A stretch of 55,543 bases of DNA, the filler included, from Catajapyx aquilonaris (taxonomy: Eukaryota): the NCBI GenBank assembly GCA_000934665.2. It is 4 parts of 4 records of this genome, joined end to end, with 100 filler letters (N's around TTAATTAATTAA, not from the genome) between each part and the next. Parts side by side here need not be neighbours in the genome. Positions count along the whole stretch, not along the records: positions 1 to 13,793 come from JYFJ02007984.1; positions 13,894 to 27,757 come from JYFJ02007985.1; 2 more parts are not named here. The stretch is one strand, 5' to 3'. Position numbers and translations under genes: made by a program. Positions within the stretch are counted from its first letter, which is position 1. Each line of letters opens with the position of its first letter. The notes beneath the pieces were generated by a model. That model saw only the letters and a program-made list of their open reading frames with translations. It was not told where the DNA came from and searched no databases. This document shows positions 12,743 to 25,614 of this stretch, piece by piece.

Positions 12743-13075
12743 CTGTCGACACACATACATGGTACAAACCAGTCTCTTTATCCCTATACGTAGTACGTAC
12801 AGTACGTATACCGCTATGTCAGGATGTGACATGCACTCCAGTTATACTACTAAGGTTTGCAATTATTACAGCTACTTTGATTTACTCCTTGAATATTGAA
12901 CTCACAAGTCAGTGCCAGTGGTTGCCAAACTCTTTTTGGCCATAGCCCCCTTGGTTAAGTAACTAATCCCCTTCATTAAAAATAAAAATAATCAAAATAA
13001 TATTCCAATATTATTTAAAGTACGACCAGTCATGGTGGACGAAGCAAATACCTATCTGGAAGGATTGCCAGTCAT

Positions 13076-13197
13076 TGGGTGGAATTTTCGTCGTACTACT
13101 TGTTACTTTTAACCAGTACCATTGCATTACATTGCATTACATTACATTGGTACTGCTAAGTTAAAAGTAACTAGTAGTACGACGAAAATTCCACCCA
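13076..13197. repeat. Near-perfect palindrome or small MITE
   Basis: TGGGTGGAATTTTCGTCGTACTAC...GTAGTACGACGAAAATTCCACCCA with a CATTA/CATTG-repeat loop. Confidence 0.75.
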
Positions 13198-13793
13198 TTA
13201 TGAGCCCAGCTTGGTCAGATCTATCAATCTCATGAAATGTCCATTTTGGTGATAATACGTGGATTTAGAAATGGAACATTGCCTACCATAGCTGCAAAAA
13301 TTGAAATCATAATTATTCCTGCACCTTATCCTCCTGAGACCCAGAGAAGAAGTGAGTGACGCAATGTGGCATTTTCTGAACATTTTGCCAATAAAAAATG
13401 AGAAATAATTATAGTTCTAAAATATTGACAAAAATAATGAACCAATGAGAACATTAGGACTAAATTGCTGCTACAAAAGCAGAATGGATGAAGGCTGAAA
13501 ATTTAAATAAATTTAAATAAATTAAGAACCTGAGGTATCACCGGTGATACCAGGGGTCTGAGGAGGTCACATTTCCTTCTGATTGGGCCCTTTCAAAGTT
13601 GCAAAAATGGCCAATTTTCAAATTGAAATGTGATAGCCTACTAGGATTATCACCTCTCAGGCACCATACAGGAAAGAAACTTACCCTATATGCAGGGTGA
13701 ATACTGTGACTTTGGCAAAAATCACAGGGTGGGTAGTGGGGACCAAGACAAGTATTTTTGACATATAGGAACCCATGTCCGGAAATGCCCCCG

Positions 13794-13893
13794 NNNNNNN
13801 NNNNNNNNNNNNNNNNNNNNNNNNNNNNNNNNNNNNNTTAATTAATTAANNNNNNNNNNNNNNNNNNNNNNNNNNNNNNNNNNNNNNNNNNNN
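13794..13893. other. Artificial assembly spacer
   Basis: 44 N + TTAATTAATTAA (stops in all six frames) + 44 N. Confidence 0.97.
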
Positions 13894-13899
13894 TCTTAA

Positions 13900-14068
13900 A
13901 CGTGGCCATTTTTAGTAAACTCCCCCGGGTGGTTTAGTCTGTGGAAATACCACCCAAGACGAAGCCAGAGGTGACCCTGAACTCTGCACGAGATGAAGGG
14001 GGTGTCCCCGGGCTGGGATCGAACCCGGGACCTTAACATACATTACCGCAGCACCACTCCGCCTCCCC
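13900..14068 (-). mobile_element. tRNA-derived SINE fragment
   Basis: Minus-strand B box GGTTCGATCCC at 14015-14025; GGGGAGG 5' end resembles the SINE at 25936-26292. Confidence 0.55.
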
Positions 14069-14089
14069 AAATAATAGGAAATAAACTTC

Positions 14090-14540
14090 CCTAACTCGAA
14101 TTTCTATAACTCGAAGTGCTGGCGGGGCCTACCATAAATGGGATATTGATCCATTTTCCGTCTCCCTAAGTCGAAGTTCATCACGGTGAGTACGAAAATG
14201 TTCTCATTTCCCAGCCGAAGGGTCGAGAGGAGGCCGCATGTACCTACAAAAGGCTCAATTTCCTGATCTCCATCTCAGACATACCGAAAGAAGTGTTTGA
14301 ATCGTGACAATTACTGTATCCTTGAATATAAGAGTAGTCAGATGTCCATAACGGAGATTTTTTTTTACAACAAAACAACGAGGAACATTGTAAGTGCAAT
14401 AGTGGAAGTTATTTTTAAGTTTTGAACACCTTTCGTTGCTGGATATGAAGGGAGGCTTCCTTATAGAGTTCTGGGCTAGTGGGCTTTAAAAAAGTTTTTT
14501 TTCCTGTCCCATGGAGATTCGACTTATAGAGGTCTTACTG
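14090..14540. mobile_element. pogo/Tigger-like MITE remnant
   Basis: Right end TTCGACTTATAGAGGTCTTACTG|TA; repeated TAACTCGAA/TAAGTCGAA motifs at the left. Confidence 0.5.
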
Positions 14541-14556
14541 TACTTATACTCTATGC

Positions 14557-14944
14557 CAGTGGTTCCCAACCTGGGGGGCGTGAGAGGATTTCAGGGGGGG
14601 GGGGGGGCGTGAGGCCATGAGAAATACGTAAAATAATGTAACATGTTTCCGCTTGGCGCTGCTGGAAATATGAAGAGACCGACTTTTCTCCTCGCTTGTA
14701 TCCGACTATGTGCTTACAGTGTAGGAAGATTCCACTGTACTTTGTCAGCTACATTCACCTAAACTTTGTGACCTTGAACCCAAATTTTTTTCCAGTTCTT
14801 GCTCCTATTTCAACAGGTTTTCATTCCTCAGTTATAAAATTTTCTTTCAAGAAACCCTTGCTGAAATTTAATGGGGGGGGCGGGGCTGAGTGTTTGGTGA
14901 AAACGAAAAGGGGGGCGTCATGACGAAAAGGTTGGGAACCACTG
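14557..14944. mobile_element. hAT-type MITE with perfect 8-bp TSD
   Basis: TIRs CAGTGGTTCCCAACCT / AGGTTGGGAACCACTG; TSD CTCTATGC at 14549-14556 and 14945-14952. Confidence 0.92.
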
Positions 14945-15434
14945 CTCTATGCAGTTAAGAATGATAAGATAATGGGGGTCAATAACTATATAGCTGTTTG
15001 TTTGCAAAAAGACTAAAAACTGGGGCACACGGCCTGGAAATCAACAATAGAGCTACAAAAAGGAAAATGTGTTTTATCATATTCATCTCTATGTATCAAA
15101 TATTATTGGAATTATGTGGCTAAAATATAATTTTTACAGCGTCCATTAAAAATCTACATTAAAAATATAAAATACACTTGTTTCGTGGGATATAGTGTAG
15201 GCGGCATAGTGATCCTGTTTATAAAATAACACATTGGGAAAATATTTAAAAAATAATGGGACTATAATAATAACAATTTTTATAGTATAAGCTGTACTCT
15301 TTACCCTAAGAACTATGTGACGGTATAAAATAATTATGAACCACTTCTTTTTTCGAGAATTAGGATTCATGTTCTATCATTATTCGCTCTCATTGAATCT
15401 GCCCTCACTATTACACTCGAATATCGTACAGTAC

Positions 15435-15804
15435 CTCTATAGCTTCCGGACTGCCCAGATTTGCAAAAACGTGCATTCCTACTTTCATGATGTCAATATC
15501 CACACCTGGCAACTTCAGTGCCCCTATGCCTCGGATGACGTGATAATAATCTGAAACGAGGTGAAAGGAATCACTTTCATTGCCACTAATCATAGACCAT
15601 AAAGGTGCACTAACCATCCTGGGCTACAAGTAGGAGTTGACCAACAGTACCGATAAAAGGTAATCCAAGGATGTATCTGACATTTCCATCCAACTTGGCA
15701 CTGACTCTGTGACTGTTGAGATATAATACAACCCAAATGAGAATAGATCCTGTAATAGCGACTAATAATACCCCTAAGAGAGTTGACATCAAAAATATTT
15801 CCAT
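15435..15804 (-). CDS. Exons 1-2 (15804-15615, 15550-15435) of a second, tandem cytochrome P450 paralogue; remainder not found
   Basis: Shares [13 protein letters not shown] and GLPF.G.V with exon 1 of the upstream P450. Same intron phases and the same 116-bp exon 2, ending PE.[IL]E. Confidence 0.75.
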
Positions 15805-17602
15805 CTTTAGTGACTACAAAGCACAATTTGAATGACGGGGAGAGACGGATGAAAGCCAACCTATAACGATGAACGTCAACAAGCTGATAATTAACTTATC
15901 TTCCTTGACATGTACAAGAATAGTACCAGAATCATGACCTTGTCAAATAAACAGTAGAGTTAGCTTCCAGGCAGAACTTATTCGGTGAATAACAAAAACT
16001 TATGCAGAATGCTCTATAATAAATTAATGAAGGTAATTTCAAATTCTTATGGTAAAGTAGTCATAGGCAGCAGAGGATCGCTTTATGTACAGTGTAGAGG
16101 AAACATTTGGCCACCAAAGCCTCGTTACTGATGTAAATTATCAGTAATAGTTTAATAGAAGAATGTACGAGTATTATGCAATCTCCTACTGTACGCCATG
16201 GATAAACCATGCGACACTTCCATCGCCTATAGATTCTGCTTGCAACACCTAATAAGATCATCACGAATCAGTTCATATTACAATAATTATTGCATGGTAA
16301 TGTCTATATTTTAGATGAAAAAGATAAGGTCGCTTCGTGGAATGCATACCTGGCAGGATATTTTATATCTTGAGCTCGAAGCCAATTATCTCGATAACCT
16401 CCGCACATATAGTGATCCTTGGTTCCCAGGAGTTCACCAGAAAAGTTTGTGTGAATCATTATGAAACACTCTTTAGTGTGATAAACATTTTTCACAAAAA
16501 CATGCCCAAATTGTTAAAATTGTTATATCACCAGATACTGTAGCTTATACTTTATTACACAGCATTGAAGTTATGTATCATAGGCCTACATACCGGCCAA
16601 GACGGGCCAAGACGACAGCATTACATTAAGCGGAAATGCGTGGATCGTGATTATTTATTATTTACTCTATAGTGTCTATATCAACAACTGGCTGAGGTTC
16701 GCATAGTATATTATTTCGAACTTGATCTATAGCTACCCTAGGGAAAGATAGCCTCCTAAATAAGTCCGATGTCAGTGAGGAACAAGAAGTGTGCTATAAC
16801 ATCATACTCTTCCACCAAAACAACAACAACAACAAGAGACCTTGATTTTATCTAGGATTTCCTCAGTGAAGCTATAAGTTTCCAATATGCCAATGAACTC
16901 AGCACTCTGTACAGTACGTATATCCGGTCTCGTACGTATATGGTATATCGTACGGATATATCCGGTCTCGAATTAAATTTATTTTTTAGTTTCGAAGTAT
17001 ATTTATTTTAATGTAAGTTAATTAAATTTAGTAACTACTCTGACCTATTTCCAACTTACGTTCCGGAGACATTGTTGCACATGTCCCACCGTCGCGTCGC
17101 GTCGCAGTGTTGAGATAGTGGTATATAATGTTTAAATATAGCTGTAGTCTCCACCACGTTTTATGGTTAATTGCATTTGGGCCGTTTATCAAGGAGAAAG
17201 ATACCCGATGATTATAATGTCGAGAGGGGAAGGGAAAGGGATGCAGAAAGTGTGACTGTATTTTTACATTAAAACAATGCAGAAACTATACATATCTGTT
17301 GCATTTAAGAGAAATTCTGCAAATATTGACGGCCTTGACGCAAAAACCACAGATCTCTTCTGAAAGCTAGTTTTGATCAAACTGAAAAATAACTGCTCTC
17401 ATCTCATTTAACAAGAAGTTAGGATGAAAAGTTACTCACATGGGGTTGTGACAAATCTGATTTTAGTACTAAAACATGCCGAAAACTAGCGGAGAATGGT
17501 AGAATCCGCAGATCATTTACATAAAAATGTGTACAAATCTGGCTTTTGAAACCTTGAAGGTCTTCATGTTATTTTGTCCTCAGACCATATTATTAGCCAC
17601 CA

Positions 17603-17869
17603 GTATAGGGCGACACGGTGGCCGGGTGGTTAGCGCCGCAGCCTTCCACCTCTAAGGTCCCGAGTTCGATCCCCGGGTCGGACGGAGGATACTTATGTGG
17701 ATAGAGTTTCGATGGGTTCTCTCCGTATTCGCGTGGGTTTTCTCGGGGTTCTCCCGTTTCCTCCCACTATCAAAATCCATCACATTTCAGGCAAATGATT
17801 AAAGTCGGGTTTTCAAAAAGATGATCCCCCTAAGAGGCCCAAGGGACATATCACGGGGTATCCATTATT
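17603..17869 (+). mobile_element. Full-length tRNA-derived V-SINE with 16-bp TSD
   Basis: A box TGGCCGGGTGG, B box GAGTTCGATCCC, V-domain-like core GTTCTCTCCGTATTCGCGTGGGTTTTCTCGGGGTTCTCCCGTTTCCTCCCAC, (TTA) tail. TSD ATATTATTAGCCACCA at 17587-17602 and 17870-17885. Confidence 0.85.
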
Positions 17870-18618
17870 ATATTATTAGCCACCACCTAATTTCGAAGCA
17901 TAACTCTGAAAAAAAGAATAAACTCTGTGAAATGCTTTTCCTACACTCATATACGTGCATAGGATCGGTATGTAGAAATAATGGGAAGGAGGCGAGGGGA
18001 GTTTTCCAAATGATGAACATGATATGAAATGATGATATTTTGACGAGGGGATTCAAAAAGGTAAACATGAGAATCCATATCCGTGTCACGCAACCCATGG
18101 CCATGTCACAATTATGGTTTTCCCTACATAAATAGTTTCCTACTTTCCAGTAGTCCTGATTGGTGCGTGGAGCTCAAGCTTTCCGCCAGGAAATTCCAGC
18201 AAATTCATATCTGACGCACATTGATCACTTGCTGGCCTCAGGGTCCAAAGCAAAACCAAAGATCGATTTGACAAAATTGGCGAGAGACGAGGACAAAGAC
18301 AAATAGGCTCACGCTGATTGATGGTCATTTCGGAGAATCAAAGACTAGGACAAGTAGTAGAAGATGGTCTTTATAGGCCCGTGTGTAGGGGTGGGATATG
18401 ATCCGTCACATCGGAAAATTCCACGCCTTCAGGCACATTCCAAAGTGGAGGTCGTCGGTCTTCGTTTGATGGAATGATTGCTGATCCACGTCTACTTCTA
18501 GCTGAAGTGATCTAGACAAATGCTATACGGTACATATTTCTTGGTATTCACAATTACAATGGAGGTACGATCCATTTTAAAACTCACATCAAGTATAGCT
18601 TATTGGGTCATTCTCGTT

Positions 18619-21600
18619 TCATATCTTTCGCGGTTTAATACGAATCTTCAGGCCATTTTGTGATCTGAGAATGATATCTGCTATCAAAGTGATTTCTTCC
18701 CTTCGGTCTACAGCTACTACTTCATATTGTCGAAGGACAGTTGAGAGGATGACCTTTTGCTCCATCATGGCAAATCTTTGCCCTAAAGAGAAAGGTGACA
18801 TATGTCAGATAATTACAGGAAATATTTGGGAATAGAAATACAAACCGATGCAATTTCTGGGTCCAGCGCTAAATGGAATGTAAGCAAATGGGTGTCTCTT
18901 TTCAATTCTTTCAGGTAAAAAGTGCTCCGGATTAAACACTTCTGGATTTGGAAAGTGTTTGGGTATGCGATGCGTGTTGTACGGCGAGATGATCAAAGTA
19001 GTCCCCCTTGATATTGTGGCATCGCCTGCGATAAGAATATGATAAAAACCAAAGTTTGTTTGTTTGTTTGTCCAGGCTTGATATTGATGACATTATTGGA
19101 CCTTACCTAATTGTACTGGACTATCCGCATGCCGGCCTACGTTAGGGACACTTGGATATAAACGAAGTGTTTCTTTTATGCACATATCCAGGTATGTCAT
19201 ACGACTCAAGTCGTCCATTGTTACTTTGCGATTGTCGTCTCCGAAGATTTCGTCTAATTCTTCTTGCACTCTCCTTTGATGCTCAGGACTCGTTCCAAGC
19301 AAGTATAAGCACCAACCAACAGCCATTGCTGTTGTATCGTGACCCTGTCAAAAACAGCTAGTTTATTTATGGAAAGCATAATAATTATGAGTCCTTAAAC
19401 AGCAACAATTTTACTCTTGTATACGCGCCTCTTCTGCAAAAACCACTATGCTAAAAGTTACGGACATGTGTAACATGTATTATTATGTTTGTGCATACAG
19501 AATGCGTTAGAACTGCACTTTACCCATCCACCCCAGTGGATCGATTAGCCTAATTAGCCCAATACATAAGCATGAGAACATACTGTCGAGGGACCAACCA
19601 GTTGAGATATACACATACTGTAGACGACTGAATTTCGGACTTGTTTTTGGCCAATAACCATTGGCAGCTAGACGACCTGAAATTCTGAGTAACACTGTAT
19701 CTATAGAACAACTCTACGCTGGTGTATATGGGACTCTTTGTCTTGGAAGGTGTTCAGTTCTACAATAATAATTTCAATACTGTCTATTGAGAATTCCACT
19801 AACTTATAAGAAGTTAGTACGAAGATATGATAAACTATACCGGTATTCCCTTTCTAAACTCTAGAACAGTGCAATAACTGTACAGTGGTACATAACCTAT
19901 ACCGCAATACCGGTACCTCGAACATGAAGGTGTCCACTTCTTCACGTATATCTTTGTCACTCATGTTTCCTTCTTCATCGGCTGCTTTTATAAGCAGGTC
20001 GAGAAAGGCCAGTCTGGTTTTCTTTACACCAATATCTACAAAATAATATTACATTCTAAGGCACAAGCAAAAGGTAATTATTTTTTATTTTTAAAAATAC
20101 ATCACCAAAAACTCAAAATCTTGAGTAGCCTATATACCAGGGGTGGGAAAACTACGGACCGCGAAGACAATTTGTGAGGCCCGCGCAAAAATTTCGGTAT
20201 TCCTGAGAACGTGGAAAAATTAATATTGCAAAATTTTATGCCTGTGCCTTTAAAAAAAAATCTTCTAAATTCACAAAAATATTGTTTTTTATTTATACAG
20301 GACACGTTCATTGGTATATTTAGCTAATTTTATCGATTTTCAGAGAATTTAATGACAATTTATGCAATTAATGCAATTAATGCAATTAATTTCAAACGAT
20401 GGATATATAATTGTAAACTTTTTAATAAGTTGAAATTTCTTTCGTTAGATGCGGCCCGTCAATTTTTAAAAAAATCTCTTTGCGGCCCACGGAGAAAAAA
20501 GTTTGCCCACCCCTGCTATACTGTATACACTATAAACACAAAAGTATAAGAGTACTAGTACACTGTGCTTGTGCAGTTACACTATACCTTCATCTTCAAC
20601 GCATGCACCTCTATTTTCCTCGCATTGGCTTTTCGATGCCATTAAGTCTGCCCTTCTCTGCTTGATTACCTAAAAACATATAATTAGTTAATGCACAAAC
20701 CTCTTCGTTTTACCTACGGTGACTTTGCAAATAAAAAATCACAATACGAACCTCATCTGTAAAGTTATGCAACGTTTGCAAGAATTTCTTGTTTTCTCTT
20801 CCAAGTTTTGTAAGTAGGAAAATCCATTCCGGTTGCAACCAAGGGTGAGTAATGCGATGCATGAATATTTTATTTACCCTATTTCGAAATTCAACCGACG
20901 TATGAATGATTCAGATACGAGTATACCATCATGTTTGATGTCAATGGCAGGCAAGTTTCAGTTTTTAAAGACACCTTATTCATTCAACTATATAGAGAAT
21001 GCTAGTTATATCACAAGCTTTAATCGCTCGATTTATTGATGGCATTGTTTCCCATTGTGATGTCACTCCAATTCGGGCGGTTGAATGAATAATAGTTTAT
21101 GCGTTAATAATAAAATGTCAAATATTACACTATCACACAAGTTAATAACCATTTATAACAAATTTTCTTGAGTGTCGTGCAATTTGGCCAATTTTTGACT
21201 TGCTTGCCACTGAACCATCATTCATTAGAGATCTTAAACTTTCAAACAATGTACCTGTTAATTGCTTTTACATATTCGGAATCTTTGGTGAACTGGGCCT
21301 TGACTTTCACTCCCATTATCGATTCTGAAAAATATTTTTATTAGAAAATTAATTCAGTCAGCTATAAAACAGTCATATAGCTGCAACGACGTCTGAAGTG
21401 TGCAGTTATACACATTTTAAAAATAATTTAAGATGTTATTGTCTTAATAATATAGCTACTGTCGATACCCCTTGCGACTTTAGTCGCATTTCAACAACTT
21501 TTCCGAAGGGTTTAGTTTGAGTTTTGTGTGTGAAGTCTATTTTATGTTACAAAGGTAGGCCTAAGTGAGGGTTCAATGATATTATGATATAATTCAACGC

Positions 21601-22814
21601 TAGTGGCTAACTAGACTATTACGATATACGGTAGATATAAAGCCAGTTACTAGTAATCAGCCCCCTGACACATCCAGCCTAGCCCTATACGTATCGTATT
21701 TGTGTCAGGGGGCTGCTAGTAATAATTTCAACTGATGTGATTTCGAAGAGGACGGTAATGACGTATTGATTGCATATAGAAACAATGGGCATTAGGCTAC
21801 AATCTCATTACAAAAATCGTCAAAACTGAGAACCCCCAGTTGTTACCACTGCATGAGCAGCTTCCCCCATATGAGCTCTGATCGCTTAGGCGAATACAAC
21901 TGAATTCAACTGAAATGAATATTCGTCGAAATTTTCACCTTTTCGGTTTTCTTACCGCAAATAATATCCAAGGTGCAAGCAATAACATAAGGAATCAGAT
22001 CAAAATGTTGGGTATGCACCTCTTCCTGCAGCCTTTTAACAAGAACTTGACTCTGTTCATTGAAGACAATCATGAAATTATCCAAAATTCCGAAGTGAAA
22101 AGCAGGAGTCAGCATCTTCCTCCTCTGGAACCACTTTGATCCTGTAAAATAGGAAAATGAATGGTCTGAATTGCACTGGAGTGTGTTTTTATCGGTTTTT
22201 ACCGATACCTGTACTTAGAAGCAAACCGTCGCCCAACCACGATGATATGAAGTTGTACCCTTTTGCTTTTGTAATGTGCACTTTGCTGCCAAGTAGCATC
22301 TGTTTTAATCACAAATTATGGTGAACTTCAATTTTAAAACAGAATACAATGAAACGTTCCAGATGCAACCTGCCCTACCTCTAATACTTCAGGCGTCTGG
22401 AACATTGCGAATTTCTCTTGGAAAATGTCGAATAAAATAACATGTGCTGTTGGCTTCATAGTTCGGGTGTTCATTTGATGTCTAAGAAAAAAAGCTGTAA
22501 GAAAGATTATTTCTCCATCATTACGATCATAAACTGCATGATACAGCAGGCTTCACCAGCATGAAGGCCTGTTGCAGGGCAATGTTACTGCATAAGTTAA
22601 AGAATATAACTTAATCCTGACCTTCACTTCCTCCCAAAAAGCTTTCCACACTTCCAGTAAATGGCAGTCCTATCAATCGATCCGTTTTTCCAACATGCCG
22701 AATTCCTACCCGATGGCTGTTCAAGTACAGAACTACCCAAATCAAACCAAAAATAATTGGAATGCACGCAGCAGCTACAGGCAAAGTTACTAAAAATACA
22801 TCAGTGACTACCAT
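18619..22814 (-). CDS. Cytochrome P450, CYP4 clan; complete 11-exon gene, 521 aa
   Basis: Exons 22814-22622, 22494-22379, 22299-22209, 22141-21956, 21324-21255, 20878-20752, 20669-20588, 20035-19917, 19344-19107, 19025-18846, 18782-18619 (1566 nt, all GT-AG, frame kept). Motifs [33 protein letters not shown] and heme-binding [10 protein letters not shown]. Confidence 0.95.
20138..20515. mobile_element. hAT-type MITE in P450 intron 7
   Basis: TIRs CAGGGGTGGGAAAACT / AGTTTGCCCACCCCTG, GGCCCG-type subterminal motifs, imperfect TSD CTATATAC/CTATACTG. Confidence 0.8.
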
Positions 22815-23700
22815 CCTCACTTAGCTCTATTGCTCTACTGATTTCTTATATCAAACTGATAATATAAGCAACTTGACCTTGTTCACCCTAAGGGAATGTC
22901 AGATAATGTATCACATCTTCCTGTGAAGCTGCTACATTTTGCTTGAAATTTATTTTCCGGTACTACTATCACCAGCATTAACTTCAACATCTGTTTTGTT
23001 TTCTAAAGAGCCTTTTCATAATACTGTAATTATAATTCTTATACAAAAAATACTGTAGGCTATATTGTAGGCAAATTCCCTTTCTTTGCATTATCACGAG
23101 TTTGAGGGTGCGCATATCAAAATGCTACCTACATTTTCTACAGTTTCTTTGCCTGCTGTTTCATATAATATTTTCTATGTTTCAGTCGTGTTTAACACAT
23201 GGATGAGGTTCCTCCTAAAACCCAGAGGAATTCAATGAATGTGGTCTGGGAGATGCATATTATTAATCACACGTCGTCTGCAATTGAGAGCATCATCAAA
23301 AATAACGTTGTCCACATACCCACGCCCAGTCAAACAATTATTATTGAAATAGTTGTTGGCACTGCTGCTGCTAAGTTAGCAGTACCTAGCAGTGGGACGA
23401 AAATACCACCCTTTGTTCTTCTTGGCGCGCACATACCCACAATGCTACAAATTCAATGACCTCTGCAGCAACCTGCCCAGGAATCCAGCTTCCAGTCGGA
23501 TATTTTACTCCACTCCACCTAATCCTGGGCTTATTTTAGCCAACCTGCCCCCCAAAACCCTTAAGGGGTTCCCAAAATCCCCAGGTGAACAACCGACAAT
23601 GCTGGGTTTTCCCTGCCAGACTGGTTTGAAAAGAAAAGACAAGAGAGCTGTCCCCTACACTTGTGACCATTCCACATCTCGCTTCCAGTGAGGGAACATC

Positions 23701-24270
23701 ATGTCTTCAAACCGTTCTTTCGTGGGGGAAACTGATCTGATGGAGTCAGCCGGAGTCTTGGGTTCGACCCTCGGTGCCCTGCTGGGGGGCCCCGAAGTCG
23801 CCACTGCCTTGACGGCGGCAGCCACCGTTTCAGCTGCCTTCGTTGGAACCCTGCTCATCGGCGGGCTTCTCTGGGTCACCTCTCTGGCGCTGGGGAAAGG
23901 CTTCCGGGCTATCAGATGGCAGCCTCTCATGGACCTTTTTGGACTAGAGGATCACCTGACGTCCATTCTGGATGCTGTGGAGGGCACTCACATCTTCGAA
24001 GACTTGAAGTCTCACTTCATTGGGAATGATATGAAGCACTACTTCTCTGGGGAGGACCTTGCCGCCGCCACCACAACCACAGAGGCAACTACCACAACAA
24101 CCACTTCGACGACCACGCCAACACCAACAACAACCAGATATCACTACAAGAAGCCGCAGCCTTATATGGTAAGGATGAGGGAAGATTTTGTGGATGTTCA
24201 GGTGAACACGCCCATTATGAGGCTTCATGCTGGTGATAAGGCTCATCCTGTAGGCCAGGGGACCTTGTAG
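23701..24270 (+). CDS. Uncharacterised 189-aa protein with a hydrophobic, membrane-like N-terminal half and a Thr-rich tract
   Basis: GC-rich open frame in AT-rich flanks, ATCATG start context, pyrimidine-rich AG acceptor ending at 23688 just upstream, no TE hallmarks. No family recognised. Confidence 0.6.
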   Translation: MSSNRSFVGETDLMESAGVLGSTLGALLGGPEVATALTAAATVSAAFVGTLLIGGLLWVTSLALGKGFRAIRWQPLMDLFGLEDHLTSILDAVEGTHIFEDLKSHFIGNDMKHYFSGEDLAAATTTTEATTTTTTSTTTPTPTTTRYHYKKPQPYMVRMREDFVDVQVNTPIMRLHAGDKAHPVGQGTL

Positions 24271-25614
24271 CAGCGACGTTTGGTGGATCGCCTGGAACAT
24301 GGCCTATAATGTAGAATGAGCCCTATCACCAGAGCAGAGCAGTACCTCTGTAATGAAGCCTACACTGCTAAAATAATTTGGGTAATTTTGTCTTAGAAAT
24401 TAGCAATAAGCTGAAATCTGTAGGGAAGTGTGCACTGTGCAGATTTCCTACCACCATGTATATATTTTGGCACAATCTTTCCTATAAATTCATTATAACA
24501 AAAAAAAATACTGGCACATTCAATCCAAATATTGTCACTAATCTTTGAAATCTTCTTGGCTGATTCATACAATCATGGCCCTAGTCTGGAGTCAGGACAG
24601 AGAAGGTAGCTTCATTAGGTAACTTTCCAACATGTTACCATGTTTGTAAAGTCATGGGTAAGTCATTATTGCTGTCCAGACTAAGTTAACTTTTTTCATG
24701 AAAGTGGAGCCATTAGCCGTTTCTTCAATTTAGTATGTAGTTTTACTAAAAGTAATCAAAGCTGTGATGATTGCTGCTTTCATGAAATTAAATTGCATAA
24801 GAAATGACCTTGCACAAACCTTTTCTCCAGGCACTTCTTTATGAACTAGCAGCACTCCAAGGTGTACTATGGGGCTCAAATTCTTTTGGCCACTTTATCC
24901 TGGTCTTGAAGCAACTCTTCACACACATACACTTCCTCACCGTGGGGCTTGTGAGAAGGGTTGCTCCAAGACCAGGATAAAGTGACCAAATGAATTTGAG
25001 CCCCATAGTACATTCATGTGTAGTCAAATAGCTTTGGCATTATTTTGTTAACTGAGAACAAGGTGTCATTTGAGTAACATTTCTTTGACCACTTCTATGG
25101 TGTATCACATGGGCCTTACTTATTTGATGTTACTGAATGGATCCTTTTCTGTAATGCCCAGGCCTATGAGATGGGAGGATGGTGGGAGGGGATGCAATGT
25201 CAGAAACAGCCATTTTAGTGTGTTCTACTTGGTATTTTCACGTAAATGTATGTATGAAATGGTCTTGCATCACATTGTGAAAACATTTATTTCCTTCCTT
25301 GTCATCATACATCTGTACACCAACACACTGTGACAACATTTCATGCACAAATGCTACTTGAAATTTTCATGTGAAAATGTAGCCTTGTACAAAATATGCA
25401 CAAAAATTACTGACAAAATTCTCTTTGCAGTCCCCGCAATTCACCCATGACTTCTACTTCAATCGTGGCCGCTGGGGACAACTTTACAGAGACAATGAAC
25501 TCAGGAAGCGCAATTCTAATTAAGCAAAAAAAACAACCAAAATTGGCATGCAATCTTTTGTACTTTTTTTACTAAATAACATTAAACGTATTGTCAGAGA
25601 ATTCGAGTTACAAT

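Noticed and set aside
17608..17680. tRNA gene (also ~14000-14068 and ~26215-26292)
   Set aside because: A/B boxes are followed by non-tRNA bodies, with tails and TSDs in two cases; these are SINE heads.
18140..18500. Possible small gene or solo LTR downstream of the P450
   Set aside because: A TATA-like motif and an acceptor-like site exist, but there is no convincing frame, termini or TSD.
21450..21490. Helitron 3' end (TGCGACT/AGTCGCA hairpin)
   Set aside because: No clear CTRR terminus or 5' TC end.
23199..23691. ORFs between the P450 and the 189-aa ORF
   Set aside because: No homology or splice support; part resembles a MITE remnant.
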